A DNA stretch of 64,000 nt from an uncultured candidate division Zixibacteria bacterium (GTDB lineage: Bacteria > Zixibacteria > MSB-5A5 > UBA10806), in the NCBI GenBank assembly GCA_963817915.1, contig CAWFQL010000012.1, positions 256,001 through 320,000 on the forward strand, in the 5' to 3' direction. The notes beneath the pieces are model-generated. The model worked only from the letters and a program-made list of their open reading frames with translations. It had not been told where the DNA came from and did not search any database. How positions within the stretch are numbered: position 1 is the first letter of the stretch; the number at the start of each line of letters is the position of its first letter. Below, in pieces: positions 1-8,935 of this stretch. The position numbers were made by a program, and so were the translations under genes.

Positions 1-126
1 AATAAAGCGAGATCCTACCCGTTCTCCCATGCCGATCAGCACTACCATTGAAAGCAGAAGGATATAATCTCGTTTCAGGCCCAGGAAGCCTAAGACTGCA
101 TGAGTTTTTGAGTTTTCTTCTGACAT
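1..126 (-). CDS. MFS-type membrane transporter, N-terminus (runs off the window)
   Basis: Manual translation from the ATG at 126: MSEENSKTHAVLGFLGLKRDYILLLSMVVLIGMGERVGSRFI; hydrophobic first helix resembling MFS TM1. Confidence 0.55.
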   Translation of the reverse strand, partial: MSEENSKTHAVLGFLGLKRDYILLLSMVVLIGMGERVGSRFI

Positions 127-609
127 GAGGCAAGTATATGACGGCTATTCGGCCAAATCAACTTGCTTCTAATTTTAATTTCACCAAGCAATTTTTTTGC
201 GTGTCAAAGCTTGCTTTGACCGCAAAATTCTGTTGCGGTCGCAGTAAACTGCGACACGCATAAAAATCAATATCCATCTATAGCGACTTTCAAGCGGGCG
301 ACTATTGGAAAGCGCCGTATCAAAAATCTGTTTTATAATTGACTTGCGGGGAACGAAATTATAGATATTAGTGTTCGAATACTATTATTGAACAGCTATC
401 TGTGATGACGGGAATTTAAGAAGAATAGGGGACAAGATGGCAAGAGAAAAACGGCAATTTTCGGAAATGATTCGCAAGAATCTGTTGCAAAAGCCGATTA
501 AGTATTATGTGGGCTAATTGATTTGCTTAGACACACTAAGTGATTAGAAGACTTGAGCATAGAGAAAGATAAGAAAACAATTTAAAATAAAAAGGGAGGA
601 ATAATCCCG

Positions 610-1637
610 ATGGCAAAATCAGATAAAGAACAGTCCCTAAAGCAGATCGGGCTTTCGGAGGATGTTCTCGTGGGGCTTTATACCAACCTCATGAAGACCA
701 GATTACTCGATGAGAGATTCCGCAAACTTTTCAGGCAGGGCCGATACGCGGGTACCTATTTTTCGGCAGTGGGCCAGGAAGCGACAACTGTTGGTCCGAC
801 CTATGGATTGCGGGATGATGATATCATCGGCCCATCGCATCGCGAAATAGGCGCCAATGTCACCAAGGGAGTGCCATTGTACGCCATAGCGGCCCAGAGT
901 TTATGCTCGTTCAAATTCGCCGGATAAGGGGAAATCACATCCCTGCCATTACGGTTGGAAACCTAAGGGAGTTATTACTCCTGCCTCGACTGTGGCTGGC
1001 CAGACAGTCGTCGCAACCGGATGCGCCATGGCATTCAAAATTCAAAAAAAGGATAATGTCGTATTGGCATTTTTTGGCGAAGGAGCAACTGCGCGCGGAG
1101 GCTGGCATGAGGCATTGAATTATGCCGGAATCCACAAACTCCCGATAGTGTATATTTGCCAGAATAATCTCTGGGCAGAGTCGGTACCATCATCAATGGC
1201 CGCCGGAATTGAAAAATTTTCCGATAGGGCAAAAGCCTACGGATTTCCCGGTATTACCATTGATGGCAATGATGTTGTGCTGACTCACAAAACGGCCGCG
1301 GAAGCAATTGTCAAGGGCTAGGCGCGGCGAAGGGCCGACATTTATCGAATGCCTTACATATCGCTGGTATGGGCATTCGGAGATCGATCCTGCCAATTAC
1401 CGTCAGAATACAGAACTAGAGGAATGGAAGAAAAAAGACCCAATCCCTCGCGCCGAAAATCTATTGATGAATCTCGGAATTTTAACCACTCAGAAACGGG
1501 AGGCGATCGTCGAATCTATCGAACACGAAATCGATGAAGCCATCAAAATCGCTGAGGAAGCCAAATATTCCGAGCCGGAGGAAGCATACAAAGATGTCTA
1601 CTCGGACGCGTTCCCGGTATTGAGAGAGGAATTATAA
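610..1637 (+). CDS. 2-oxoacid (probably branched-chain) dehydrogenase E1 alpha; two apparent +1 frameshifts (~897, ~1316)
   Basis: ORFs 610-927, 992-1321 and 1308-1637 join into one E1a: GQEA, SHRE, TPP motif GEGA..HEALN..QNN, YRWYGHS; RBS GGAGGA. Confidence 0.9.
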
Positions 1638-1638
1638 A

Positions 1639-2133
1639 ATGCCTGAAGCATTAGCGCAAAAAGGCAAAAGACCGTCTGAATCTGCTATTGCCATGACTGA
1701 ATTGGTTATTCCCAATGATGCCAATATACTTGGCAATGTCCTTGGTGGACGAGTCATGCATTGGATCGATCTGGCGGCTGCAACTGCGGCTCATCGTCAC
1801 TGCAATTCAATATGCGTGACAGCGGCTATTCATGGGTTGTCATTCCTGCATCCGATCAAGATCGGTCAATTGGCTCATCTTGATGCCCGCGTAATTTATG
1901 TGGGGAGTTCGTCGTTGGTCGTTAAGGTTGATATTCATTCCGAGGATATGGATAGCGGCGTAAAACAGCAAACATCGGAAGCATATCTGAGTTTTGTATG
2001 TATCGATGCGCTCGGCAAATCGAAAAAAGTACCGCCGTTGATCATTGAATCCGAGCAGGAAAAGGCCGAATGCGAGAAGGCCAAACAAATTAGAAAAAGA
2101 ATGTTGGAGATAAAAGAACAGGAGAAAGGATGA
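1639..2133 (+). CDS. Acyl-CoA thioesterase (hotdog fold, YciA-like)
   Basis: PNDANILGNVLGGRVMHWIDLAA, VTA, FLHPIKIG motifs. Confidence 0.9.
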   Translation: MPEALAQKGKRPSESAIAMTELVIPNDANILGNVLGGRVMHWIDLAAATAAHRHCNSICVTAAIHGLSFLHPIKIGQLAHLDARVIYVGSSSLVVKVDIHSEDMDSGVKQQTSEAYLSFVCIDALGKSKKVPPLIIESEQEKAECEKAKQIRKRMLEIKEQEKG

Positions 2134-3113
2134 AGAAGGTAACGTATATCGACGCCATCACCGAGGCCATGGCCGAGGAGATGGAACGAGATAAAAACGT
2201 ATTCCTCATCGGGGAAGATATAGGGCTTTACGGGGGAGTATTCAAGGCCACAAAGGGACTTCTGGAACGATTCGGCGCCGATCGCGTAATCGATTCGCCG
2301 ATTTCCGAAGCCTATATCGTCGGTGGATGTGTCGGTGCCGCCATGGTAGGCATGAGGCCGATTCCCGAAATTCAATTTGCCGATTTTATTACGCCATCGA
2401 TGGATCAGATAATTCAACAGGCGGCGAAGATCCGTTACCGCACGGGCGGTCAATGGACATGCCCGATGACTCTCAGGGTCTGCTGCGGAGGCGAAGTTGG
2501 CGGCGGATTGTATCACTCTCAAATCAATGAGCAGTGGTTTTTCTCGCAGCCTGGGTTAATCGTGCTATTCCCTGCGACTCCATATGATGCCAAGGGATTG
2601 CTTAAGTCAGCAGTCAGAGGCGATGACCCGGTAATTTATTTTGAGCATAAAAGACTATATCGTTCGATAAAAGAAGATATCCCCGAAGATGATTTCACCG
2701 TGCCTATAGGAAAAGCGGCAGTCAGAAAAGTCGGCAAGGATATAACCATAGTGGCATACGGATTAATGTACCATAAATCTCTCGAAGCGGTCCAATCGCT
2801 GGAAAAAGAAAATATTTCGGTCGAGCTTATCGATATGCGATCATTGCGTCCTTGGGATAGAGAAACCATTTTCGAATCAGTCAAGAAGACATCGAGAGTC
2901 GTGCTTGTTCAGGAGAATTCAAAGACTGGTGGAGTCATGGCCGAAATTTCGGCGTCGATTACCGAAAATGTTTTCGATTATCTCGATGCGCCGGTAACGA
3001 GAGTCTGCGGACTCGATGTTCCCATGCTGCCATTTGCCCCGCCGCTGGAGCATTTCTTCCTACCCAATGCTGAGAAAATCGCGGCGACAGTCAAAAAAGT
3101 AATGGAATACTGA
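2130..3113 (+). CDS. 2-oxoacid dehydrogenase E1 beta
   Basis: GEDIG.YGGVF, DSPISE, EIQFADF, GGGLYHSQ, FEHKRLY. Confidence 0.95.
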   Translation: MKKVTYIDAITEAMAEEMERDKNVFLIGEDIGLYGGVFKATKGLLERFGADRVIDSPISEAYIVGGCVGAAMVGMRPIPEIQFADFITPSMDQIIQQAAKIRYRTGGQWTCPMTLRVCCGGEVGGGLYHSQINEQWFFSQPGLIVLFPATPYDAKGLLKSAVRGDDPVIYFEHKRLYRSIKEDIPEDDFTVPIGKAAVRKVGKDITIVAYGLMYHKSLEAVQSLEKENISVELIDMRSLRPWDRETIFESVKKTSRVVLVQENSKTGGVMAEISASITENVFDYLDAPVTRVCGLDVPMLPFAPPLEHFFLPNAEKIAATVKKVMEY

Positions 3114-3122
3114 GGGGGACTG

Positions 3123-4406
3123 ATGGAAGTAAAGATTGTTGTTCCGCCATTGGGTGAATCGGTTGTCGAGGGCACGATTGTCAAATGGCTCAAGAATGAA
3201 GGCGAGAAGGTAAAAATCGATGATCCCCTTGTCGAAGTGATGACCGACAAGATCAATGTTGAATTGCCATCGCCATATAATGGGGTAATGAAAAAGCATC
3301 TCATCGCTCCAGATACGGTGGTCGAGATTGGTACGGAAATCGCGATTCTTGAAGTCGAGGGCGAAGTCGCCCAATCAAAAGCGTTTCAGGTAAAACCGGA
3401 TTCTGGCAAAGAGAAAATACCTGTCGAGCAGGAATTGAAGCCGCCGCCGGAGGAATTTGTCGGCACATTGGCGCATCATGAGCAGATGGGTATCCATGCC
3501 GATAAGGATGCCATCGAAGCCGGCATCAAGGCCGTGCATTCATCGCCGATAGTCAGACGATTGGCTCGTGAGCATTTTATCGATCTGCGGATGGTCAAAG
3601 GCACTCACAAGAATGGTCGAGTAAGCAAAGACGACGTAATCAAATATATCAATTCCCGTCATGCGATCGACAAGTGGAAACCAGATTTCGCCTGGCCGGG
3701 AGCCGAACTTGAGGAGATTATACCTGTGACCGGAGTTCGCAAGGTCATCGCGGATCATATGGTGAAATCGGCCTTTACAATCCCGCATGTAACTACCTAT
3801 GACGAATGCGACATGACAAAATTGGTTCTCTGGCGCAAAAAATATGTAACCAAAATCGAAGAGAAGCACGGCGTACATATCACCTATATGCCGTTCTTCA
3901 TCAAAGCTATAATTTACGCGGCTAAGGATTTTCCCTGGGTTAATTCCACGTTCGAGGGTGAAAATCTTCACGTTAAAAAATATTTCAATATTGGAATCGC
4001 GGTTGGCCGAAATAATTCGTTGATAGTGCCTGTCGTAAAGAACTGCGAACAGAAATCGATACTACAGCTTGCGAAAGAAATGAAAGACCTCGGCGAGAAG
4101 GCCATGGCCGACAAGCTTTCGTTGAATGAGATCACCGGTGGGACGTTCACGATAACCAACGCCGGCATGTACGGCGCGACGGCCTCGACACCGATAATCG
4201 CCCATCCGCAGGTCGCGATTCTCGGAGTGCATAAGATTACGGAAAAACCGGTGGTGCGCGAGGGCGAAATCGTAATCAGGCCGATTCTGAATTTCGGATT
4301 GTCATTCGATCATCGGGTAGTCGATGGTTCATACGCGGTGCAGTTCTTACGCCGCATGATCGAGTATCTCGAAGACCCGGATAGCTGGTTGATAGGAGTA
4401 ATTTAA
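3123..4406 (+). CDS. Dihydrolipoamide acyltransferase E2
   Basis: Lipoyl domain EVMTDKIN, E3-binding SPIVRRLA, catalytic FDHRVVDG. Confidence 0.95.
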   Translation: MEVKIVVPPLGESVVEGTIVKWLKNEGEKVKIDDPLVEVMTDKINVELPSPYNGVMKKHLIAPDTVVEIGTEIAILEVEGEVAQSKAFQVKPDSGKEKIPVEQELKPPPEEFVGTLAHHEQMGIHADKDAIEAGIKAVHSSPIVRRLAREHFIDLRMVKGTHKNGRVSKDDVIKYINSRHAIDKWKPDFAWPGAELEEIIPVTGVRKVIADHMVKSAFTIPHVTTYDECDMTKLVLWRKKYVTKIEEKHGVHITYMPFFIKAIIYAAKDFPWVNSTFEGENLHVKKYFNIGIAVGRNNSLIVPVVKNCEQKSILQLAKEMKDLGEKAMADKLSLNEITGGTFTITNAGMYGATASTPIIAHPQVAILGVHKITEKPVVREGEIVIRPILNFGLSFDHRVVDGSYAVQFLRRMIEYLEDPDSWLIGVI

Positions 4407-5804
4407 ATGGCTGATAGATTTAAAGTAGTTGTAATCGGCGCGGGGCCCGGCGGATACGTGGCGGCATTGAGAGCCGCACAATTGGGATTCAAGACCGCGA
4501 TAGTCGAAAAAGAGTATATCGGCGGTGTCTGTCTCAATTGGGGATGCATACCATCGAAAGCGCTTTTGTATGTAACAGAGCTCAAACGAACGATTGAGGC
4601 TTCGGAGCGGATCGGCCTCAAAGCCCAGAATGTCTCTATTGACCTCGACAAGCTCAAGAAGCATCGGGATGATACAATCAAACGGCTGACGGGCGGAGTC
4701 AAATTGCTTCTCGATAAGGCCGGAGTTAAAATCTTTATGGGGCAGGCGAATTTTGTCTCTGCCAATAGCCTCGAAATTACAGCCGGTGCGGAAAAGACTG
4801 TTATCGAAGCCGACAATTTTATTATAGCGACAGGCTCTTCGACCGGCGATCTGCCGATATTGCGTATCGATGGCAAATCGATTATCGGATCGAGAGAAGC
4901 TATCAGTCTATCGCGCATTCCGGCCAGTCTCGGGATAATCGGCGCAGGGCCGATCGGCATGGAGATGGGCACTGTCTATAAGACGCTCGGCTCCAATGTA
5001 ACAGTAATCGAGCTTTTGGATGCCGTGCTTCCGACACTCGATCCCGAAATGTCGGCCGCCGCCGAAAAAGCGTTTGTGAAGCAAGGCATGGAGATTCACA
5101 CGTCGGCGCAGGTGTTATCATCCAAGAAGAACGGCGACAAGATCGATCTCGAAGTCAAAACCAAAGAGGGCAACAAGACCATGTCATTCGATATGGTCCT
5201 GGTTGCTGTCGGCATGAAACCGAATTCTGCCAATCTCAATCTCGAAAAGGTCGGAGTCAAAACCGATTCGCGCGGATTTATTGCGGTCGATAAAACTATG
5301 CGAACCAATATCCCCAATATCTACGCTATCGGCGATGTCGCGGGCGGAATGCTCTTAGCGCATAAGGCATCGCATGAAGGTATTGTTGCCGCTGAAGCCA
5401 TCGGCGGATCGACTGCGGGCGCAGATTGGAAAGCGGTGCCGTACGCTGTCTTCACCGATCCCGAAATCGCCGGTATCGGTCTGACCGAAAAAGAAGCAAA
5501 GTCTCAGGGACGGAAAATCAAAATCGGCAGATTCCCCTACAGAGCAGTCGGCAAGGGTATCGCGACATTGGCGACAGAGGGCTTTAGTAAAATCATCTCC
5601 GATGCCGATACCGATGAGATATTGGGCGTGCATATATTCGGGCCGCATTCGGGCGATATCATTTTCGCGGGCACGGCCATAATGGAATTCGACGGCACGT
5701 CCGAGGACCTAGGGCATATCATGGGCATCCATCCGACTCTCTCGGAGGCGTTGATGGAAGCCGGCCTGAATGTCAACAAGAAGGCCATTCATATTATTAA
5801 TTAG
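4407..5804 (+). CDS. lpdA: Dihydrolipoyl dehydrogenase E3
   Basis: GAGPGGY, GGVCLNWGCIPSK, HPTLSE. Confidence 0.97.
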   Translation: MADRFKVVVIGAGPGGYVAALRAAQLGFKTAIVEKEYIGGVCLNWGCIPSKALLYVTELKRTIEASERIGLKAQNVSIDLDKLKKHRDDTIKRLTGGVKLLLDKAGVKIFMGQANFVSANSLEITAGAEKTVIEADNFIIATGSSTGDLPILRIDGKSIIGSREAISLSRIPASLGIIGAGPIGMEMGTVYKTLGSNVTVIELLDAVLPTLDPEMSAAAEKAFVKQGMEIHTSAQVLSSKKNGDKIDLEVKTKEGNKTMSFDMVLVAVGMKPNSANLNLEKVGVKTDSRGFIAVDKTMRTNIPNIYAIGDVAGGMLLAHKASHEGIVAAEAIGGSTAGADWKAVPYAVFTDPEIAGIGLTEKEAKSQGRKIKIGRFPYRAVGKGIATLATEGFSKIISDADTDEILGVHIFGPHSGDIIFAGTAIMEFDGTSEDLGHIMGIHPTLSEALMEAGLNVNKKAIHIIN

Positions 5805-5812
5805 CTACTATT

Positions 5813-5877
5813 GCGCTGTCAGGAACCCTTTCCTGACAGCTCACAAGTTGAGGGTCGGGAAGAGGTTCCCGACCCCG
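5813..5877. repeat. 65-bp double-hairpin REP-like element, copy 1
   Basis: GCTGTCAGGAA..TTCCTGACAGC plus GGGTCGGGAA..TTCCCGACCC; near-identical copy at 6574-6638. Confidence 0.8.
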
Positions 5878-5889
5878 CTTTCAGAGCTC

Positions 5890-5969
5890 GTCATTGCGAA
5901 TCCGCCGCAGGCGGATGAAGCAATCTGTGGGAGGCCTCCTTCAGATTGCTTCGCTTCGCTCGCAATGAC
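5890..5969. repeat. Palindromic interspersed element (GTCATTGCGA...TCGCAATGAC type)
   Basis: 10-bp terminal inverted repeat with nested GAAGCAATCT/AGATTGCTTC arms. Confidence 0.75.
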
Positions 5970-6006
5970 AAATAAAACAATTGGTCATTAATGGCGAGGA
6001 GGGAAT

Positions 6007-6552
6007 ATGGCGGTTAAGAAGAAAAATACCAAGTCGGTGAAAAGCAAAAGCCCGATAAATCAGATTAAAAAAGGCCTGGCGATAGCGATTCAGACCGAAG
6101 TCGAGGGGTATGAATTTTACAGACTCGCCTCGGTAAAAACCAAAGATGCCGGAGCCAAGAAGATGTTCGAATCATTGGCCAACGATGAGATCAATCATCA
6201 CAACATGCTCAGAGAAAATTTCGCCTATCTGGCCAACGAGATGAAATTCAAGCCGTTCAGGAAGCCAAGCCGTTCGAGGCTGTCATTCAAATCGCCGGTA
6301 TTCAGCAAATCGTTTCTATTGTCGCGCAGGCAGAAGAATTTCGAGATGTCGGCTCTATCGATTGGGATACTGCTTGAGCAAAATTCAATCGAATTCTACA
6401 AGGCCCAGCTTGAGATCGCCCCGGATAACGCCGCCAAGAGCTTTTTCAGAGATTTGATTACATGGGAAGGGGAGCATCTGCGCGCCCTCATCGCCCAAAA
6501 GCAATTCCTCCAACGCGAGATTTTCGCCCAGGCGAGGTTTGAGCCGTTTTAG
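6007..6552 (+). CDS. Ferritin-like/rubrerythrin family protein
   Basis: Two E..FY / E..H diiron helix-pair motifs (EVEGYEFY..DEINH; EQNSIEFY..WEGEH). Confidence 0.85.
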   Translation: MAVKKKNTKSVKSKSPINQIKKGLAIAIQTEVEGYEFYRLASVKTKDAGAKKMFESLANDEINHHNMLRENFAYLANEMKFKPFRKPSRSRLSFKSPVFSKSFLLSRRQKNFEMSALSIGILLEQNSIEFYKAQLEIAPDNAAKSFFRDLITWEGEHLRALIAQKQFLQREIFAQARFEPF

Positions 6553-6573
6553 GGAATCGCTGGTGCTTTTACG

Positions 6574-6638
6574 GCGCTGTCAGGAATCCTTTCCTGCAAG
6601 CTCGCATGAATAGGGTCGGGAAAGAATTCCCGACCCCG
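6574..6638. repeat. 65-bp double-hairpin REP-like element, copy 2
   Basis: Direct repeat of 5813-5877. Confidence 0.8.
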
Positions 6639-6878
6639 TAAAAAGGCCGACAGTTTTTTATTCCAAGTCGTCGGGTTTCTCGTCCGGCAGTTGCCGGACT
6701 CGGAACGCCGACCTACAATTGCTGACAGAAGATGCCCCTCCACTTTTTCTTTCATTATCCCAAAATACTGCTTGCTAAATGAGGTTATAATTCGATATTT
6801 TGGCGGCGATTAGAAAGACTTGCGGCTGATGACCACGAGCAACGTGAATACGTTGGATCGATTTGAAAGGAGAACTCC

Positions 6879-7067
6879 ATGAAGGCCGAAATAAACAGAG
6901 ACGAATGCACAGGCGATCAGATTTGCTGCGATCTTTGTCCGGAAGTATTCGAAATGGACGGAGACACCGCCAAGGTGATTGTTGACGAGATTCCAGGCGA
7001 ACTCGAAGACGCAGTCCACGAGGCTGTCGAAAGTTGCCCGGCTGAATGCATTAAGATTATCGACTGA
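6879..7067 (+). CDS. Single-cluster ferredoxin (CxxDxxC type)
   Basis: CTGDQICCDLCPEVF...SCPAEC; RBS AGGAG. Confidence 0.92.
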   Translation: MKAEINRDECTGDQICCDLCPEVFEMDGDTAKVIVDEIPGELEDAVHEAVESCPAECIKIID

Positions 7068-7090
7068 TCATTAAATATCAGATGATATTG

Positions 7091-7122
7091 AAAAGCCCCG
7101 AAGCTATTTCGGGGCTTTTTTC
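7091..7122 (+). terminator. Intrinsic terminator
   Basis: AAAAGCCCCGAA-gctat-TTCGGGGCTTTTTT. Confidence 0.85.
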
Positions 7123-7245
7123 TATCTAAAATCATGCCTTTTACGGAATAATGCTCACTCAAAGTGAAACCACTTGACCTGTTCTATCGTTACAGTATAA
7201 TGACAGCCATTGTCAGGATCGATATGGCGAGATAGATGGAGTTAG

Positions 7246-7956
7246 ATGAAAATGAACGATAGCGAATATAAAAGACTCTACAAAATAGATTTGGGGCGAA
7301 CCCGTTATCGCGATACCTGGGAATTGCAGAGGCGGCTGGTCGGGCTTCGTTTCGAAGGCAAAATACCCGATTGCCTGGTTCTAACCGAGCACGAGCCTGT
7401 GATTACGATGGGTCGGGCAACCTCGAAAGCGAATCTTCTGGTATCGCCGGGGGAACTGGAAAAGCGCGGCATCGATCTTTTCGAGGTCGAACGGGGCGGC
7501 GATATCACATTCCATGGTCCCGGACAACTGGTAGCCTATCCGATAATCGATCTAAATGATAGAGGCCGGGACCTGCATCGTTATCTGCGCGACCTGGAGC
7601 AAACGATTATCGCAACACTTGGTCATATCGGGCTTGAAGCGGGGCTGAAGGCTGGTTTAACCGGAGTCTGGGTGAATGATCAAAAAGTAGCGGCTATTGG
7701 AGTGGCTGTATCGAAATGGGTCACATATCATGGATTGGCGTTGAATGTAGCTACCGATCTGGATTATTTCAAATTGATAAATCCCTGTGGCATTACTCAA
7801 TATAAAGTCGGTTCGATATCGTCATTGACCGGCCATAATTACAATGTCAGCGAAATCAGCAGCGTCTTGGCCGATACATTCGCGAAAATGTTTGAATACG
7901 AAATGGAAACAATCGAGGACGTCGGCGCGATTATAAACGAAAGCGCGACGGCGTAA
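7246..7956 (+). CDS. lipB: Octanoyltransferase LipB
   Basis: EHEPVITMG, RGGDITFHGPGQLVAYP, KVAAIG, HGLALN, INPCG. Confidence 0.95.
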   Translation: MKMNDSEYKRLYKIDLGRTRYRDTWELQRRLVGLRFEGKIPDCLVLTEHEPVITMGRATSKANLLVSPGELEKRGIDLFEVERGGDITFHGPGQLVAYPIIDLNDRGRDLHRYLRDLEQTIIATLGHIGLEAGLKAGLTGVWVNDQKVAAIGVAVSKWVTYHGLALNVATDLDYFKLINPCGITQYKVGSISSLTGHNYNVSEISSVLADTFAKMFEYEMETIEDVGAIINESATA

Positions 7957-7959
7957 AAT

Positions 7960-8283
7960 ATGGGAAATCTAATTGAATTTATAAAAGTCGCCAGAACCAG
8001 CGATGTGGATGAGCACGGCTGGATCAAGGTCAATCTGCTGGGACGAGAAGTTGTTATCTTCCAGCATGCCAATTCATATTCGGCAATCGAGCTCAGCCGC
8101 AACGGCGAACCGTTGATGCAATATTCGATGTTCGATAAAAACGATCTATCGAATACCAAGGTCAAAGATATAATTAAGGGTCTGATGGAAGGGCCGTCCG
8201 GCGAAAAATGGGGCAAACTACGCGACCATCCGGTTAGAGTCGAAGGCGATTATCTTTATTTGGGAATCGAAACACCTGATTAA
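7960..8283 (+). CDS. Rieske-fold/NirD-like small protein without cluster ligands
   Basis: N-terminal VARTSDV..GREVVIF and C-terminal LRDHPVRVEGDYLYL resemble Rieske ferredoxins; no Cys in the protein. Confidence 0.55.
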   Translation: MGNLIEFIKVARTSDVDEHGWIKVNLLGREVVIFQHANSYSAIELSRNGEPLMQYSMFDKNDLSNTKVKDIIKGLMEGPSGEKWGKLRDHPVRVEGDYLYLGIETPD

Positions 8284-8295
8284 TAGAAGGTAGTT

Positions 8296-8922
8296 ATGGA
8301 AATAATCAACACCAAAATCAATGATTATGTTCAGAAGGTCATGCCTGCCCGCGACGCTCAGCAAAAGGAGATGGAGAAATACGCCAGTCGCAATGGCTTT
8401 CCCATTATCGGCCCATGGGCGGGATCATTTCTGCGGCAGATGGCATATGCGATAAACGCTCAAAAGGTATTCGAGATGGGCTCGGGTTATGGTTATTCGG
8501 CATATTGGTTTGCCGGCGGGATGAGAAACGGCGGCAGGATTATCTGCACCGACGGCGACGAAAATAACAAAGCCAAAGCGATGGATTTTCTCAAACGTGG
8601 CGGATTCGATGCTATGGTCGATTTCAAAGTCGGCAACGCGCTTGATATTATCAAAGGCTACGATGGGCCATTTGATATAATTCTCAATGATATCAATAAG
8701 GAATCTTATCCCGAGGCGTTCGATCTGGCTATCGCTCGCTTGAGGCAGGGCGGCCTTTTTATCACCGATAATGTGCTTTGGTCAGGCAGAATTCTCGCTG
8801 CCAAGAAGACTAAGGAATCATTGGCGATATTGGAATTCAATCGGAAGCTTTTCGGAAGTCCGGGTTTGATATCATCGATTGTGCCTATACGTGACGGTTT
8901 GGGAATGGCAGTAAAGCTTTAG
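8296..8922 (+). CDS. SAM-dependent O-methyltransferase
   Basis: FEMGSGYGYS, FDIILNDINK, GGLFITDNVLWSG. Confidence 0.9.
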   Translation: MEIINTKINDYVQKVMPARDAQQKEMEKYASRNGFPIIGPWAGSFLRQMAYAINAQKVFEMGSGYGYSAYWFAGGMRNGGRIICTDGDENNKAKAMDFLKRGGFDAMVDFKVGNALDIIKGYDGPFDIILNDINKESYPEAFDLAIARLRQGGLFITDNVLWSGRILAAKKTKESLAILEFNRKLFGSPGLISSIVPIRDGLGMAVKL

Positions 8923-8935
8923 ATTAATAAACAAT

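Noticed and set aside
437..517. 26-aa ORF upstream of E1 alpha as a leader peptide
   Set aside because: No run of regulatory codons and no attenuator hairpin seen
610..1637. Programmed frameshifting or a true three-gene split of E1 alpha
   Set aside because: No slippery heptamer; the breaks fall mid-domain and match the window-wide indel pattern
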